The notes: generated by a model from the letters alone, not told the origin. Positions 11,615-23,748 are shown, counted from the first letter of the stretch. The stretch is 37,664 bases of DNA from Narcine bancroftii (GCF_036971445.1 NC_091473.1:250878337-250916000), one strand, 5' to 3'. Numbers and translations are program-made.

Positions 11615-11832
11615 TGTGGTGAATGACTGCCAAGCTGCCTGTCTCCCCTCTGGCGAGCCTTGCTGTACTAACATTGGCTGTGCATTTTCTCTACTGTTAA
11701 GGACACTCCCCTTGGATATAACTGTATATGCATCTATTGTCTTTCATTATTGTACCATGAGTTTCTGCTAATAAAAGCCATGATTATCGTTTGACAACAT
11801 CATCTTTGTCTACTTCATCAACTGGCACTTTA
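11615..11832 (+). mobile_element. Short solo LTR
   Basis: Starts TG, ends TA (presumed decayed CA); 5-bp direct repeat ctgag at 11610-11614 and 11833-11837; AATAAA at 11770-11775. Confidence 0.55.
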
Positions 11833-11917
11833 CTGAGAAATGTAAGAAGCACAACTGAGTTAATTGGAATGTGAAAATGACCTGTGGAAAAATAAACTCT
11901 GTTCTTTTCTGCTCCAG

Positions 11918-12015
11918 TAGTATCACAAATTTGATCATTCTTCTGGGAAGCATATTTGGAGTATTGATTATCGCCGCAATTTTTATCGCAAGATGTAGAA
12001 GATATTCAGCAGATG
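11918..12015 (+). CDS. Gene 1 transmembrane exon
   Basis: Acceptor ttcttttctgctccAG (phase 2), donor G|GTAAGT (phase 1). SITNLIILLGSIFGVLIIAAIFIARCRRYSAD is an uncharged hydrophobic helix followed by a basic stop-transfer. Confidence 0.88.
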
Positions 12016-12611
12016 GTAAGTCACACGATTTTAAAATGTCCAATTGCAATTTGAAGAACAAACTTACTTTCAGTGATTGAGCTCAAGAGGGGAGCTTTGT
12101 ATTCTCCTGGAGATGTTCTACCTCCTTGATCTGTAACTTGGAGCCAATATGAGAGCAACTCCAGCAATTTCTGAGCCTAATTTCTGGTAAATTTGAGTCA
12201 GACAATTCAGTGTTGTATTTCATTCAAAAATATATAACTAAAATCTAATCCTCATTGTTGAGATCATGCACTGTGTCACGTTCAGAAAACTCCTCTCCAT
12301 GTTAACTTATAACCTAGGTTTCAGAGGGCCAATTTGATTGACTGCACTCTACATTGCCAAGTAACAGAGCCACTCAATCGCATCCCCTGCAACCCCCCTC
12401 GGCAGCCCCTATGTTTCCCGCCCCTTCTCTCCACAAGGAGACAAGGCTAACGACTTGCAGAAATGGAGAACGTTTCCACTTACAATTGGAATCTGTGGTA
12501 TTCTCTTCCCAAGGACGCATTGAAGATGATGTTCGATAGCAGCTAGGATCTCAATGAACGGTGGAGCAGGCTTGATGGGCTGGTTGGCCGACTGCTGGTC
12601 CTATTCTTAGC

Positions 12612-12845
12612 ATAATGGTTAGCACAAAGTTATTACAGCACCAGCAATACAGGTTCAAATCCACAGCTGGCTGTAAGGAATTTGTACCTTCTCCACACGA
12701 CCCACATGGGTTTTCTCCAGGTGCTCTGGTTTCCTCCCACCCTTCATTGTTGGTAGGTTCATTGGGTGCTATCAGGCGGCACAGGTTTCATGGGCCAGAT
12801 GGCCCCTGTATCATCCTTGTTCATTAATTTTTTTTTAAATTAAAT
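12612..12845 (+). mobile_element. tRNA-derived SINE (V-SINE/HE1-like)
   Basis: A/B-box-like tggttagc...ggttcaaatcc and central gggttttctccaggtgctctggtttcctcccac core. Confidence 0.75.
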
Positions 12846-13787
12846 TCCAAAAAAGCAGCAAGGCAGTAAAAAAGGACAAACGATCACCAGCCACTGCCAA
12901 ACTCACAGGACCCATTTGAGTTAACATTGAAAACTGGGCCTCGGTTAATGGCAAGTGAGCCTCTCCATGAAGTGTCATATTGATGAAGGGTTTCGACCTG
13001 AACCTTCAATAATTCCCCCCACTGATGCTGCTCAACCTGCTGACATCCTTTAGCAGAGTTTTTTGGCACTTGTTCCCAGCGCCTGCCGTCTATTAGGCCT
13101 CCCTGAACTGCCACACAGGTCGGGTAGGGCGCTGAAGCAATGTTTTACTTCACCAGTGGATAATCTTCATGACTGAGAAAATTAATCTTAATGTAACCAC
13201 CTTCTCAATGATCTTTTTGCATCCATCTGGGTTTTAGATTTAACCTTTTTGTTGGAACAATACAATACAGGCTCTTCGGCTCACTATGTTGTACTGATCT
13301 ACGTGAGCCTTCTCTATACATTTATTGTGCATTGAGAAATATTGGAATTGTCAAAAATTATAAACTGTAAATTATACCATGACTTTAATTGAAAGAGGTG
13401 ATAAATTGTTGGGCGAGGGGTTGGATCTGAGAATGTAGTCCCTTTGAGCTGTTGTAAAGATAGGAAACATGACAACAAATAGATGCACCAATGCTCAGAT
13501 CAGCTGTGTCTTCAATGTTGATTGAGGGATTCATGTCATTCAAATGATAAGGTAAAAAGTGCCACAAAACCTTTCGCCAGCGTCAGCGCCAAAGGGGTCA
13601 TTCACAGGCATCACCCCCCCCCCCCCCAACCGAGGTCTTGTACCCGCCCCCAACCACACACTTAGCACAAAACATTTTTCATTGAAATATACTGTTCCCT
13701 AAATGAATTTGAAAGAAATACAAACAGAAATAGGAATGGGAAAATACTTACGCTCATGACGACAGATGGGAAGTTGTGTTGTAATGT

Positions 13788-14215
13788 GCAAATTAGGTCT
13801 TTATTCCTTGGAGCGTAGAAGGTTGAGAGGGGATTTGTTAGAGGTATTTAAGATTATGAGGGGGATAGATAGAATTGATGTGGAGAGGCTTTTTCCCTTG
13901 AGGGTAGGAGAGATTGAAACAAGAGGTCATGAGTTAAGAGTTAAGGAGCAAAAGTTGAGAAGTAGCATGAGGGGGATTTTCTTCACTCAGAGAGTGGTGG
14001 GTGTGTGGAACGAGCTTCCGGGAGAAGTTGTGGCAGCAGTGTCAATTTTGTCATTTAAGGAAAAATTCGATAGGTCTATGGATGGAAGGGGAATGGAGGG
14101 TTATGGACAGGGTGCAGGTAGATGGGACTAGAGGAGAAGAGGAGAGGATTTAGTTTGGAGTGGACTAGAAGGGCCAAAATGGCCTGTTTCCGAGCTGTAA
14201 TTGTTATATTGTTAT
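13788..14215 (+). mobile_element. CR1 LINE 3' end (well preserved)
   Basis: ORF KLGLYSLERRRLRGDLLEVFKIMRG...TRGH...FFTQRVVGVWNELP, then 3'UTR ending ctgtaattgttatattgttata. Confidence 0.9.
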
Positions 14216-14614
14216 AAACAGTGACCGAGAAGTATAGAAGAAACCAACTAAACGATATCTTCACAGGGAAGTGGCTCATAAACTTGGAACAGAGTCCTGG
14301 GGTGGGGGGGGGGGGGGGAGGGGGAGGGGGGGCTGAAAAAAAAAGGTTGAGAATATCAGCTCTAGAACTAAACAATGAATGAAAAGGTGTCCTGAGACTA
14401 CAGATGCAAATAGAGCCATGGAAAAATATACAACGCAGCAGGCATGAGAATGCAAAATGGCAATGCAGCCCTTTTCCCCAAGCAGATCAGAGCGGGTCCT
14501 GTGAATGTGCAATTTATTCAAGTCACTCCTTCACCAGCACAGATTATGGCTCTGTAATTCATTTACTAAGTTATTAACCCAGTCCTAGGAGTTCAAACAC
14601 ACTTAGTGGGTATA

Positions 14615-14755
14615 GGAAACATAGAAACATAGAAACATAGAAGATAGGAGCAGGAGTAGGTCATTCGGCCCTTCGAGCCTGCTCCGCCATTCAACGAGAT
14701 CATGGCTGATCTTAAAGTTCAGTGCCCCGTCCCCGCCTTCTCTCCATAACCTTTA
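14615..14755 (-). mobile_element. CR1-type LINE 3' tail with (AGAAACAT)n microsatellite
   Basis: aggaaacatagaaacatagaaacatagaagataggagcaggagtaggtcattcggccc is a reverse-oriented CR1-type tail. Confidence 0.75.
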
Positions 14756-15030
14756 AGTTCAATATAGATTATTTTCAGAACTAGCTGAGTTTGAAAACTT
14801 TTGAGTCCCACTGTGGAATATTCTGTAAGCTTGTAACTATTTGTAAAGAAGAATCTTTTGACATGGAAATTATTCTTTTTGCCTGTTTTGAAGTAATTTG
14901 CTTCTCTTTTTGAAGATTTATCTTTTCCAAATATGAAAACACACTGTCAAATAATGTTCTTTAAAAGATATATGCAATGATTTCACAGTTTAATTTTTTG
15001 TCATATCTCTGCAATCTATTTTTGTATCAG

Positions 15031-15086
15031 TAGAGAAAGGATTCAGATACATAGATAAAGACTCCAATCCGGTCTACAATTCTGTG
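15031..15086 (+). CDS. Gene 1 cytoplasmic exon with tyrosine motif (NPVYNSV)
   Basis: Acceptor atttttgtatcAG, donor GTG|GTAAGG; phase 1 in, matching the TM exon. Encodes (V)EKGFRYIDKDSNPVYNSV. Confidence 0.72.
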
Positions 15087-15287
15087 GTAAGGAATTCATA
15101 TCTGATAGCTGCCAAATTATTTATCTGGTGTTTAGAAATAAAATAAGTCAAATATTCCCATGCTTACATTAAAAATGTTACAAATTGAACAAAAAAAACT
15201 GCACATGAATCAAAGTGAAAGAGAACTTTTTTATGTGAAAATGCTGGAAAAACTTAGCATGACACAGGAAGAGAAAAAATGGAATGT

Positions 15288-15290
<3 letters not shown>

Positions 15291-15328
<38 letters not shown>
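15291..15328. repeat. (AG)n microsatellite
   Basis: Uninterrupted AG dinucleotide run. Confidence 0.95.
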
Positions 15329-15329
<1 letters not shown>

Positions 15330-15585
15330 CCTTCATCAGAAGTGGGAAAGAGAGAAAAGACGTTTGCCTAAGTGAGAGGAAATGTGGGGATAGTGGAAAT
15401 GTTTATAGAGGGGTGAAATCATGTCATTTAATGGAAGGTGAAGCTCCCTTGTGCAAAGTCATCTAGGTGACTGGGTAAAGATTTGGCAGACTTGGGATGT
15501 GCTGAGCAGGCCAGAATATACAAATGAAAAACAAAAAGAATGAAGGCAGGAACCACAAGCAGGATTGGATGGCACAATAAGCACA

Positions 15586-15850
15586 GGGAGGCATGGTCAG
15601 AGTGGCGGTTAGCACGATGCAATTATAGTGCCAGAGAACCAGGTTCGAATCCGGCACCGTCTGTAAGGAGTTTGTATGTTCTCCCTGTGTTTGCGTGGGT
15701 TTTCCTCCGGGCGTTCTAGTTTCCTCCCACCCTTCAAAATGTACGGGGGTTGTAGGTTGATTGGGGTATTTGGGCAACACGGGCTGGAAGGGCCTGTTAC
15801 TTATGCTGTATGTCTAAATTTTTTTAAATTAAATTTAAAATATTTAAAAA
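15586..15850 (+). mobile_element. tRNA-derived SINE (V-SINE/HE1-like)
   Basis: gtggcggttagc...ggttcgaatcc (A/B boxes), core gggttttctccgggcgttctagtttcctcccac, AT-rich tail. Confidence 0.8.
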
Positions 15851-15899
15851 ATTAAATGTAAAAAAGACTTCTAACAAAAACAGAAAGAGCAAGTTGTCT

Positions 15900-16420
15900 C
15901 AAATTAAGAGACTTTGAGTTGCAGTGGAAGACGAGGTATTATTTGCAAAGCTGACATTGGGCCTTGTTGTAAAATATAGGAGGCCACAGGCAAAAGGGTC
16001 AGAGATGGAGAGGGATGGGGAATTAAAGTGGCAAGCTGTCCTAAATTCAGCATTACTCCTGTGGACTGGATGCAGGTGTTCCACAAGCACTATCTACATG
16101 TGGTTTCTGCAGTATAAAGGAGGCCACATTGTGCTCATACTGCAGCATATGGTGTTGGAAACAGTGGAAGTGAATTGCAGCATTAATTGGGTGGACGGTT
16201 TGGGTTCTTGGATGATCAGAAGGGAAGAGATGAAAGGACAGGTTCTGCACCTGCAAAAGGGAAGTGCCATCTGTTGGGGAGTTGCAATTGGGGGTCAGAA
16301 GAGCGGAATAGGGAGTTGCAAATGCAGTGACCTCTTTGAAATGCTGAATGGGGAGGAAGGGGGATACGTGATGGTGAAATCTGGTTGGGGCTGACAGAAT
16401 TTGCTCAAGATGATCGTGGG
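15900..16420 (-). mobile_element. Penelope-like element GIY-YIG remnant
   Basis: Minus frame LVEHLHPVHR...ACHFNSPSLSISD, homologous to 830-1050. Boundaries approximate. Confidence 0.6.
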
Positions 16421-18217
16421 ATGGAAGGTGAAAGTCAGGAGAACTTAATTTTAATTTGGAGATACAATACAGGAACACACCCCTTCATCCCATGAGCCAA
16501 TTGCACTCATGTGAATAATGAACCTATTAATCTGTAGGTCTTTGGACTGTGGGAGGAATCCAGAGCACCTGGGGGAAAACTCCCTTGCACAAAAACTCCT
16601 GACAGAGGGTCACTGGTGCATTGTGCATTGTGCATTGTGCTAACCGTGCCGCTCAAATCTGTTCTTGTTCTGTCCAGGAGGAGAGCGGGTGGCAAAAGAG
16701 GTGCAGAAAATAGGCAAGGTACAACCTGGGGCTCAGTCCACTGCGGTAGAGGCAAAGTCATAGTTCAGGAAGAAGGAAGACATTTCACAGGCACCTGTGT
16801 AGAATGACTCACCATTGCCACAGAGGTGACAGAAACCAAGGAAGTCCAAAGCTTGGGAATGATCCTTGCACTAGATTGTGAGGAAGTATAATTCAGGTAA
16901 TTGTCATTGTCTGTGAGCTGGTAGTCAATGTTCATGGCTCACCTACCCCCGAGAAAGAGGTGGAAAGATCTCCAGAAAGGGAAAGGGAGAGGTGGACTAT
17001 GGGAAAGTGAGAGTAGGTTGGAAATTGACTGCAAAAATGCTGAGATTCTCAAGCTCACCTCCAGTTTAAGCCTTGGGGAAGTGAGGCCTGGGTGGAACTG
17101 AAACAAAGACTGCTCCACATATCCCACAAACAGACGGATGCAGCTCAGGGGCCATTCGTGTGTCCAGTACAGATGTGATGGGTCAAATGTCCTCCTTCAG
17201 CATCCTATCAATGACTCCATGCAGAGTAATTGGATAAACCTTGGGTGAAAAGTTATCCTTCCCCTTTCACTGAGTGAGTACCTGCAATTGAGAACAATCT
17301 TTGTGGTAAAATCTCCAAGCCAATAACACAATTAACCCAGTCACAGTTCAATCTACTTTATAAACCTCTTCAAGGTTAAAAAAAATCATTCAAATTCAAA
17401 ACTCAATACAAGTAGCGACATGTTGGATGAAGAGTCTTCAATGAGTATTATAAGCCCTCTAGAAACTCAGTGAAAACTAAGGCTTCATTAGGGAGCTGAA
17501 AGTATCCTCTACACCCTCGGGATGGGAAGGATTTCCAGGCTCTCACAACACCCAAAAGCTCATGAAGAAACATGTTAAAGCTGAGGTTGTAAAGTTCAAG
17601 GCCATCAGAGCACCCAACTCTAGTCTGTCCCATTCCTCAGTACCATATCAGAAACCCAATGCCCAGTTTTTGGCAGATGTCCCTCCAACCCTTCCATCAC
17701 GGACCACCCCTCGATGTTCACCTTTGATTGCATTTCCTTACACCATAGATGGACACCATTTTAGTTCATTAAGGCCCATGCTGGCTCACAAAGAAATCCC
17801 GTCCCACCACTAATTCTACCTCCCACACATTCCTACTGACTCTCTAGATTCCACCACATTAAGAGTCAAATTGAAGAAGCCAATAGACCTACGAACTATT
17901 GATTGAACCTGGGTCACTGGAACAATGGGGACCCAGCTCTATCCATTGCACCATTGTAAGGCCATCTCAGGAAATAAAAATACGGTCTTGAGAACTCCCC
18001 ACAGAGCGAGAGGAGATTGGGAGACTCTCCTCTTTCATTGTGCTCCAACTTAGGTTGCATTGGAATGATAGGTCAAGAGAACAAGCCAAAATACAACAGA
18101 TGCTGGAAACCTTCATCGGGTCAGGCCGCATTTTAGGAGAGAGAAAAATAGATGAGCATATCACTTTAACAGTTTTGTTGCAGCTGCCTTTTGTATGCAG
18201 GGTGGAAAAGGAGTTAT

Positions 18218-18421
18218 AAATCTAAATGTAAAACACGAAAGTTTGCAGACACCAAGGCTGAAGTAAAAACACAGTGCTAGAGAAACTCAGCAGATATAAT
18301 AGCCTTGATGAAGGGCTCAAGTCTGAAATGTTGGTTATGTATCTTTATCTTTGCTATATAAAGTGCCCCATTTGATCAGCTGAGTTTCTCCAGCGTTATG
18401 TTTTTATTACAAATCTAAATG
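18218..18421. mobile_element. Short Penelope-like insertion with inverted tail segments
   Basis: Inverted tail copy followed by a direct tail copy; 11-bp direct repeat aaatctaaatg at 18218-18228 and 18411-18421. Confidence 0.65.
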
Positions 18422-18889
18422 ATTCATTAAGCTCACTAATATTAAATGTATACGATGGAGGGGCGAGAACAGCGAACACCAGAGGACATCTGCATAAGGG
18501 AGGGGAGGAAAGTTTGGGGAGGCCACAGGGGTGTGTATTTTTTTTCCAGAGAGTGTAATTGGTGCTTGGAATACCTTGCCAAGGGTGGTGGTGGTGGAGG
18601 CTGGTACAATGGGGAGATTTATTTTGCTGAGTAGGCTTCCACATCATGGGCCAAAGGCCCTGTACTCTGCTGTCATGTCCTATGTTCAGTTCTAGTGGCT
18701 TGAACAGATTTGACCGGCCAAATGGCCTACTTCTTCACTGATATCTTATGGGCTAAATCCCCACAGCATTTGGAATTTGTGGAATTAAATTAAAATTTCC
18801 TTTGGAATTTAAATTCAGTTACTCATTGAAAATTGATTTTAAAAGTTTGTCCTTTTTTTGTGATTTTAAACAGTAACCGGTTCACTTAT

Positions 18890-19355
18890 GTGCAGCCAGA
18901 CTGAGACTGCCCACAAATTGGCGGAACATCTCGTATTCCATCTGGATGGCATTAACATCGACTTCTCTGGTTTCTATCAGATCCCCCCACCCCACCCCCC
19001 TCACCATCTATCCTTATGTCTAAGTTCTGTCTCCTTTCCCCCCTGGAGCCATAAAGAACCCCCCTTCCCCAATCAATTCTCACCTTTCCTCTCTCTCCTC
19101 CATGTCCACTCAACACCTTTTGCCTGTTGGCCTGTACTCCTCCGCCCTGCCCTTTCTTTCCTTCTCTCCCCCTAACCCACCTTTAAATTCAGATGCCTGT
19201 CTGTTTTTTACTCATACCTTGATGAAGGACTCAGCCTCGAAACATCAGTTCTATGTCTTTACCAGACCGGCTGCAAGTCTGGCTGAGTTCCTTCATCAGT
19301 TCTGTGCTTTAACTCCCACCATGGTGTCTGCAGACCTTTGGGTTTCACTTCATTA
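18890..19355 (+). mobile_element. Penelope-like element 3' part
   Basis: QTETAHKLAEHLVFHL.GINIDFS, homologous to 990-1070; tail ccttgatgaaggactcagcctcgaaac...gctgagttcc. Confidence 0.7.
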
Positions 19356-19629
19356 AGTTATTGGAAGTAATCCAGCTGAGGTTCATTGAGTCCAGCTGGG
19401 AGTCGAGGGAAATTGGGATTGGATGGAGTTGGCAAATAGGACTGGCAGAGTGGCAGATCAGGCTGAAAGAGCCAAATGGTTTCTTCTACTTCAATTTGAT
19501 GCTTTTGTGATTAGTATGGTTCCATTCGAACATGCCAGGGGGCAATCTCCATATATTTAGTCTACAACAACAGTACAATTTCGATAAAGTCCTCTGAACA
19601 AAATGAAACTTTGTACAACTTTATCTTAA

Positions 19630-19885
19630 TTTTTTTAAATTTAGACATACAACATGATAATAGGTCATTACACCCCACACGTGTGCTGCTCAAGTTACAG
19701 TCAAATAACCTACAACCCCGGTACATTTTGAACAGTATGAGGATACCGGAGTCCCCAGGAAAAACACACACAGACTTGGGGAGAATGTACAAACTCCTTA
19801 CAGACAGCATGGGATTTGAACCCTGGTCCCAATCGCTGCCGCTGTAAAGGCGTTGCACTAAATGCAATGCTAACTGTGTCGCCCT
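19630..19885 (-). mobile_element. tRNA-derived SINE (V-SINE/HE1-like)
   Basis: Reverse complement of the SINE at 15586-15850 (gtacaaactccttacagacagc..ggatttgaaccc). Confidence 0.75.
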
Positions 19886-20060
19886 TGCCTGTCCTTCATC
19901 CAATTTATTCTATTTTACAAATGACATGGCAAGAACTAAGACCAACCAAATTATTGAGTATTGCAATTAAATCCATTATTAATAAGGTTTAAAGTTTCTT
20001 CAACTTGAGATCAACTGTTGCAGTATTGTTTAACCATGAATTATCCATTTCTTTGTGAAG

Positions 20061-20186
20061 AATTCTAGAGATGATAGAGAAGGTATCATGTGTGACACAG
20101 CAACAAACAAATCCAGCACTCCAACACATGAAGACCATTGCTATATTTGCGAGACGTCTGCCCATGAGCAGAAGGAGATCCCCTAG
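20061..20186 (+). CDS. Gene 1 candidate terminal coding exon
   Basis: Acceptor catttctttgtgaAG, phase 0 as required by the preceding donor. NSRDDREGIMCDTATNKSSTPTHEDHCYICETSAHEQKEIP*, non-repetitive downstream sequence, AATAAA near 20638. Tentative; intervening exons cannot be excluded. Confidence 0.4.
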   Translation, partial: NSRDDREGIMCDTATNKSSTPTHEDHCYICETSAHEQKEIP

Positions 20187-20788
20187 CCACATTGCTGCCC
20201 ACGTTTCAGACATTTGGTTTTCAATCATTATGCTTCTGTAATTGATATTTCAGACTTGTACGTTAATGTTATTGGGACAAATTCCTTCATCTTTTTCGCT
20301 TCCACGGCCCAGTATTGAACTATTGTGACCAGACAAATTATCCACGTTGTTGTACCACAGTGTAATGTCTACCTTTTCAGCAGAAGGGGTAACCTGCTGA
20401 ACTAAAAATATGAGACGCAGCAAACAGGTCAGTCACGTGTGGATTCACCACCTGACACCGCCAATAATCATTTTGGTTTGACAAGGGAAATCCACTCAAA
20501 GATCTTGATGAAGTGCAATGTCTTTCTAAAACAATTACAACATAAGCTTTTGCAAGACCCATCATTTGATTAAATAATTACTGTTCCCACATCCAATGAC
20601 AAGAACAACTGAAGTTAACAAATTAAATATTTTTGTTAATAAACTGTCTTTTAAACAAAATAAATACTGATATTTGGCAGCTTCTTTCTGTTGACATTTG
20701 ATTATACAAAGATGGTACAATCTTTGGGATGATGTGTCAGGTGATGTGCGTTCAGCAGACTGATGCCAATCAATCTAGGTACAGGTCT

Positions 20789-21164
20789 CAGTGGTTCTCA
20801 ACCATTTTCTTTCCACTCACATCCCACTTTAAGTAATCCCAATGCCATTGGTGCTCTGTGATTAGTAAGGGATTGCTTAAGATGATCTGCGGGTGGGAAG
20901 GGAAGGTTGAGAAACACTGCTCTAGACCCAATTGCTACTGAAATATTCTACTTGAGAAAAATTGTCATTGGCTCCATTAGCTTTGGAGTTATGAAACCGT
21001 GCACATAACGAGTCAATGAGGGACGATTAAAACAGTGGTTTTCAACCTTTTTCTTTCCACCCACAGACCACCTTAAGCAATCCCTTACCAATCACAGAGC
21101 AATGATGACATAGGGATTACTTAAGGTGGTAAGTAAGTGGAAAGAAAAAGGTTGAGAACCACTG
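20789..21164. mobile_element. Non-autonomous hAT dimeric MITE, copy 3 (spacer fragment also near 21705-21810)
   Basis: CAGTGGTTCTCAACC...GGTTGAGAACCACTG with the same two-hairpin and spacer architecture; TSD not evident. Confidence 0.85.
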
Positions 21165-21882
21165 GGCTAGCAGAACACATGGGAAAGAAGAAATCAGAAT
21201 CAGGTTTATTGCCATGAACGTGGAACCAGGACGCTAATGCCATGCCATTGAGTAGAGTTCACAATGTCATCAAAGTGCAGGATGCAAATGTTTGGAGTCG
21301 AGGATGGGCAAACCTCTCCAGGGCGAGGTTGGGAATCTGAAGCATTGTTGGAGCTTTGCCAATCTGAGCTTGTGGGGGCTGTTCCAGCACACTGCTTATT
21401 GGTGCACTCCTGATGGCGGAACAGCTGGGGGAGACGGGAAGTGAGTCACAAAATAGCACCACAGTAAAACTGTCTTCTTCTTACCACTGAAAGAGGAACC
21501 GATCTGCTTGTCTGGAGTCAAGGAAGAATTTCCAGTGAATTAGCCTTTGCAATGACAGCAGAGCCAGTCATGCAGCATGGAAACAGGCCTTTCAGCCCAA
21601 AACATCCATTCTGACCCAGTTGGCATTCTGGGACAGTCCTATTTGCCTGCATTTGGACAATGTCCCTCAAAACTAGGGTGGGAAACCTTTTTTTTAAAAA
21701 ACTCACAATCACTGCTCTAGACTCAATTATTACTGAACTATTTCACTTGAGAAAAATTGTCATTGGCCCATTTCCTTTGGAGTTATGGAACTGTGCACAT
21801 AACAAGTCAATATTTCTCTTACAAAATATGGATAGTTAGGGAAGCCAACAGTTTCCCTAATGACTTCATCTATGATAGAATA

Positions 21883-22855
21883 TGTAATGGAATATTTGGG
21901 AGATAAATTGGTAAAATTAGAGTAGGTTGCATACATACACACATTTTAAAACAGATCTTATTTGAAATATTGAAGAATTCATATTCAGTAACTTTACAGA
22001 AACTATGGAGAATGCTGTGCACATTTCATATGTAAGTGCTAATTGAAATGACATCATTAAAGCCACAAGCAGGAGATGCTCTGGCTGTTAAAAGCTCTTT
22101 GGAAGGGTTTTGACAGAGTGCACAGAAAGGTCACTCCTGGGTTTTTGTTTACCTAAAGACTACAGCTTGACCAAGAAGACTAACTCCTATTGTTTGCTGG
22201 AGAAGGACAAGGTTTTTGCAAGTGAGAAAGTCACATGGGCTTTCTGGCAGTTGGAGAGAGAGAGGGAGAGACACAGCTGAAACAAGCAGGAGAAGCTTGT
22301 TGGAACTGAAACGGAAAGCTCCAGAGCAGCGGATGGCTGGAAGTGCTATCTGTCTGATGTTTCTCTTGGAATAAACAGAACAGGAAGGAACTTTGTGATA
22401 GCCTGAAAGAAAGATGTTATCATCTGGAGAACCCTGATGGGGCAAGTTGAGGTGACTAATGGTGGTACCTCAGTTGTGGAAATCCTGGAACAATAAATCT
22501 CTCTCTGCAAACCCTACGGGAACCTTCCTGAGCGGTAAACATTTACCTATTGAGCACCAAAGCCTGGTGAGCTCTATACATGTTAAATTCTGTGCACAGT
22601 ATAAGAATTGCCTGCAACTAGTGAACTTGGAAGAATGAGAAGTGAGATTGAACTGTGAACCAAAGAATTTTTCTTACATTTACACGCATATTAAATACAC
22701 ATGCGCTTAGAATTAGAAGGGGGTTAATAGTAATAAGCTAAAGTTTGATCCTGTTTTCATGTTTAAAGAAAATTAAAACTGACTTCTTTCAGTAACCATT
22801 TGTCTTGGTGAATTTATATTGTTGCTGAGTTTTGGGGTCCTCTAGGCCCATAATA
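21883..22855 (+). mobile_element. Possible long solo LTR (Gypsy-like)
   Basis: Imperfect inverted termini TGTAATGG...CCATAATA, flanks gaata/aaata, internal AATAAA and AG-rich segment. Weak support. Confidence 0.35.
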
Positions 22856-23748
22856 AAATAAACAATTAGATATTATAGGACTTGTAATTATAAATCCTGT
22901 AAATCCAAAAAATTATCTGAATTGATTCCAGATCAATGTGTCATTATGAAATTCTTTGTCAAATTTTGAGTCGAGCCAGGTAAAGCTGATCCCTATAGGG
23001 AGGTACTCCTGAGGGACATCAACCCCATCTCAATCCAATTATCTTTTCACACTGCAACAAAAGTTACAGATTCCTGATGTTCATAGCTCAGTAGTAAGAA
23101 CGGAAACTGAGTAGGCTAATCTCCTATTATTTCTAGTGTTCTGAAGATGCCTTTTGATTCAGTCCCAGTTTCTTGTTTTGCCAGAGATACAAAACCATAA
23201 TTGATTTGAAATAGTCCAAAAAAGACTCGGTAATAAATATTAGCAGTGATTTAATATTGGATAATATTGGATTCAAATGTGAAATAGTCAATGCCTCCTT
23301 GTGACATGTTTTGGACTTGCTCTAATTTGCAAAAATTAGGGACCAACATTTTTAGAACTTTTCCAACCTTATTTAGGATCACTTGAGATCCATGTCCGGT
23401 TATTGCACTGTTTGGATTTTTTCTAAAGATGTAAATATTATTTGACTTTCTAATCAAAGACGGGTTATATCATTCTCCATTCTATTAGCAAGAAGTGCAA
23501 TTCTGATGAGCTCCCAGCTACACATCACTGGTTATTAGATATTATGTTCTTTTTAAATCTGGAAAAAATGAGGCATGAAAATCAAGATTTCTATTGTTAA
23601 GACTGGGGGCCCATTTCTAGCTCACTTCCATCATTTCACTAACAAGGTGCGATGATGAATCTCACTGGATGTACTGGCTGGTTTGGATCTCCTGAGGCCA
23701 CCTGTTTGGATTTAACTTGACACACAATATGAATTTTAACCTGGATCG

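Noticed and set aside
13743-13752. atacttac resembling the U1 snRNA 5' end
   Set aside because: Only 8 nt match and the downstream sequence is unlike U1.
19561-19630. Possible cytoplasmic exon with TLYNFI (ITSM-like)
   Set aside because: Needs phase 1 while the upstream donor is phase 0, has no clear donor, and runs into a SINE tail.
20254-20318. Alternative last exon reading xLYVNV...
   Set aside because: Requires an unidentified phase 0-1 exon and has no independent support.
23650-23698. C/D box-like pair (ATGATGA...CTGA)
   Set aside because: Too short, with no convincing terminal stem or recognisable guide sequence.
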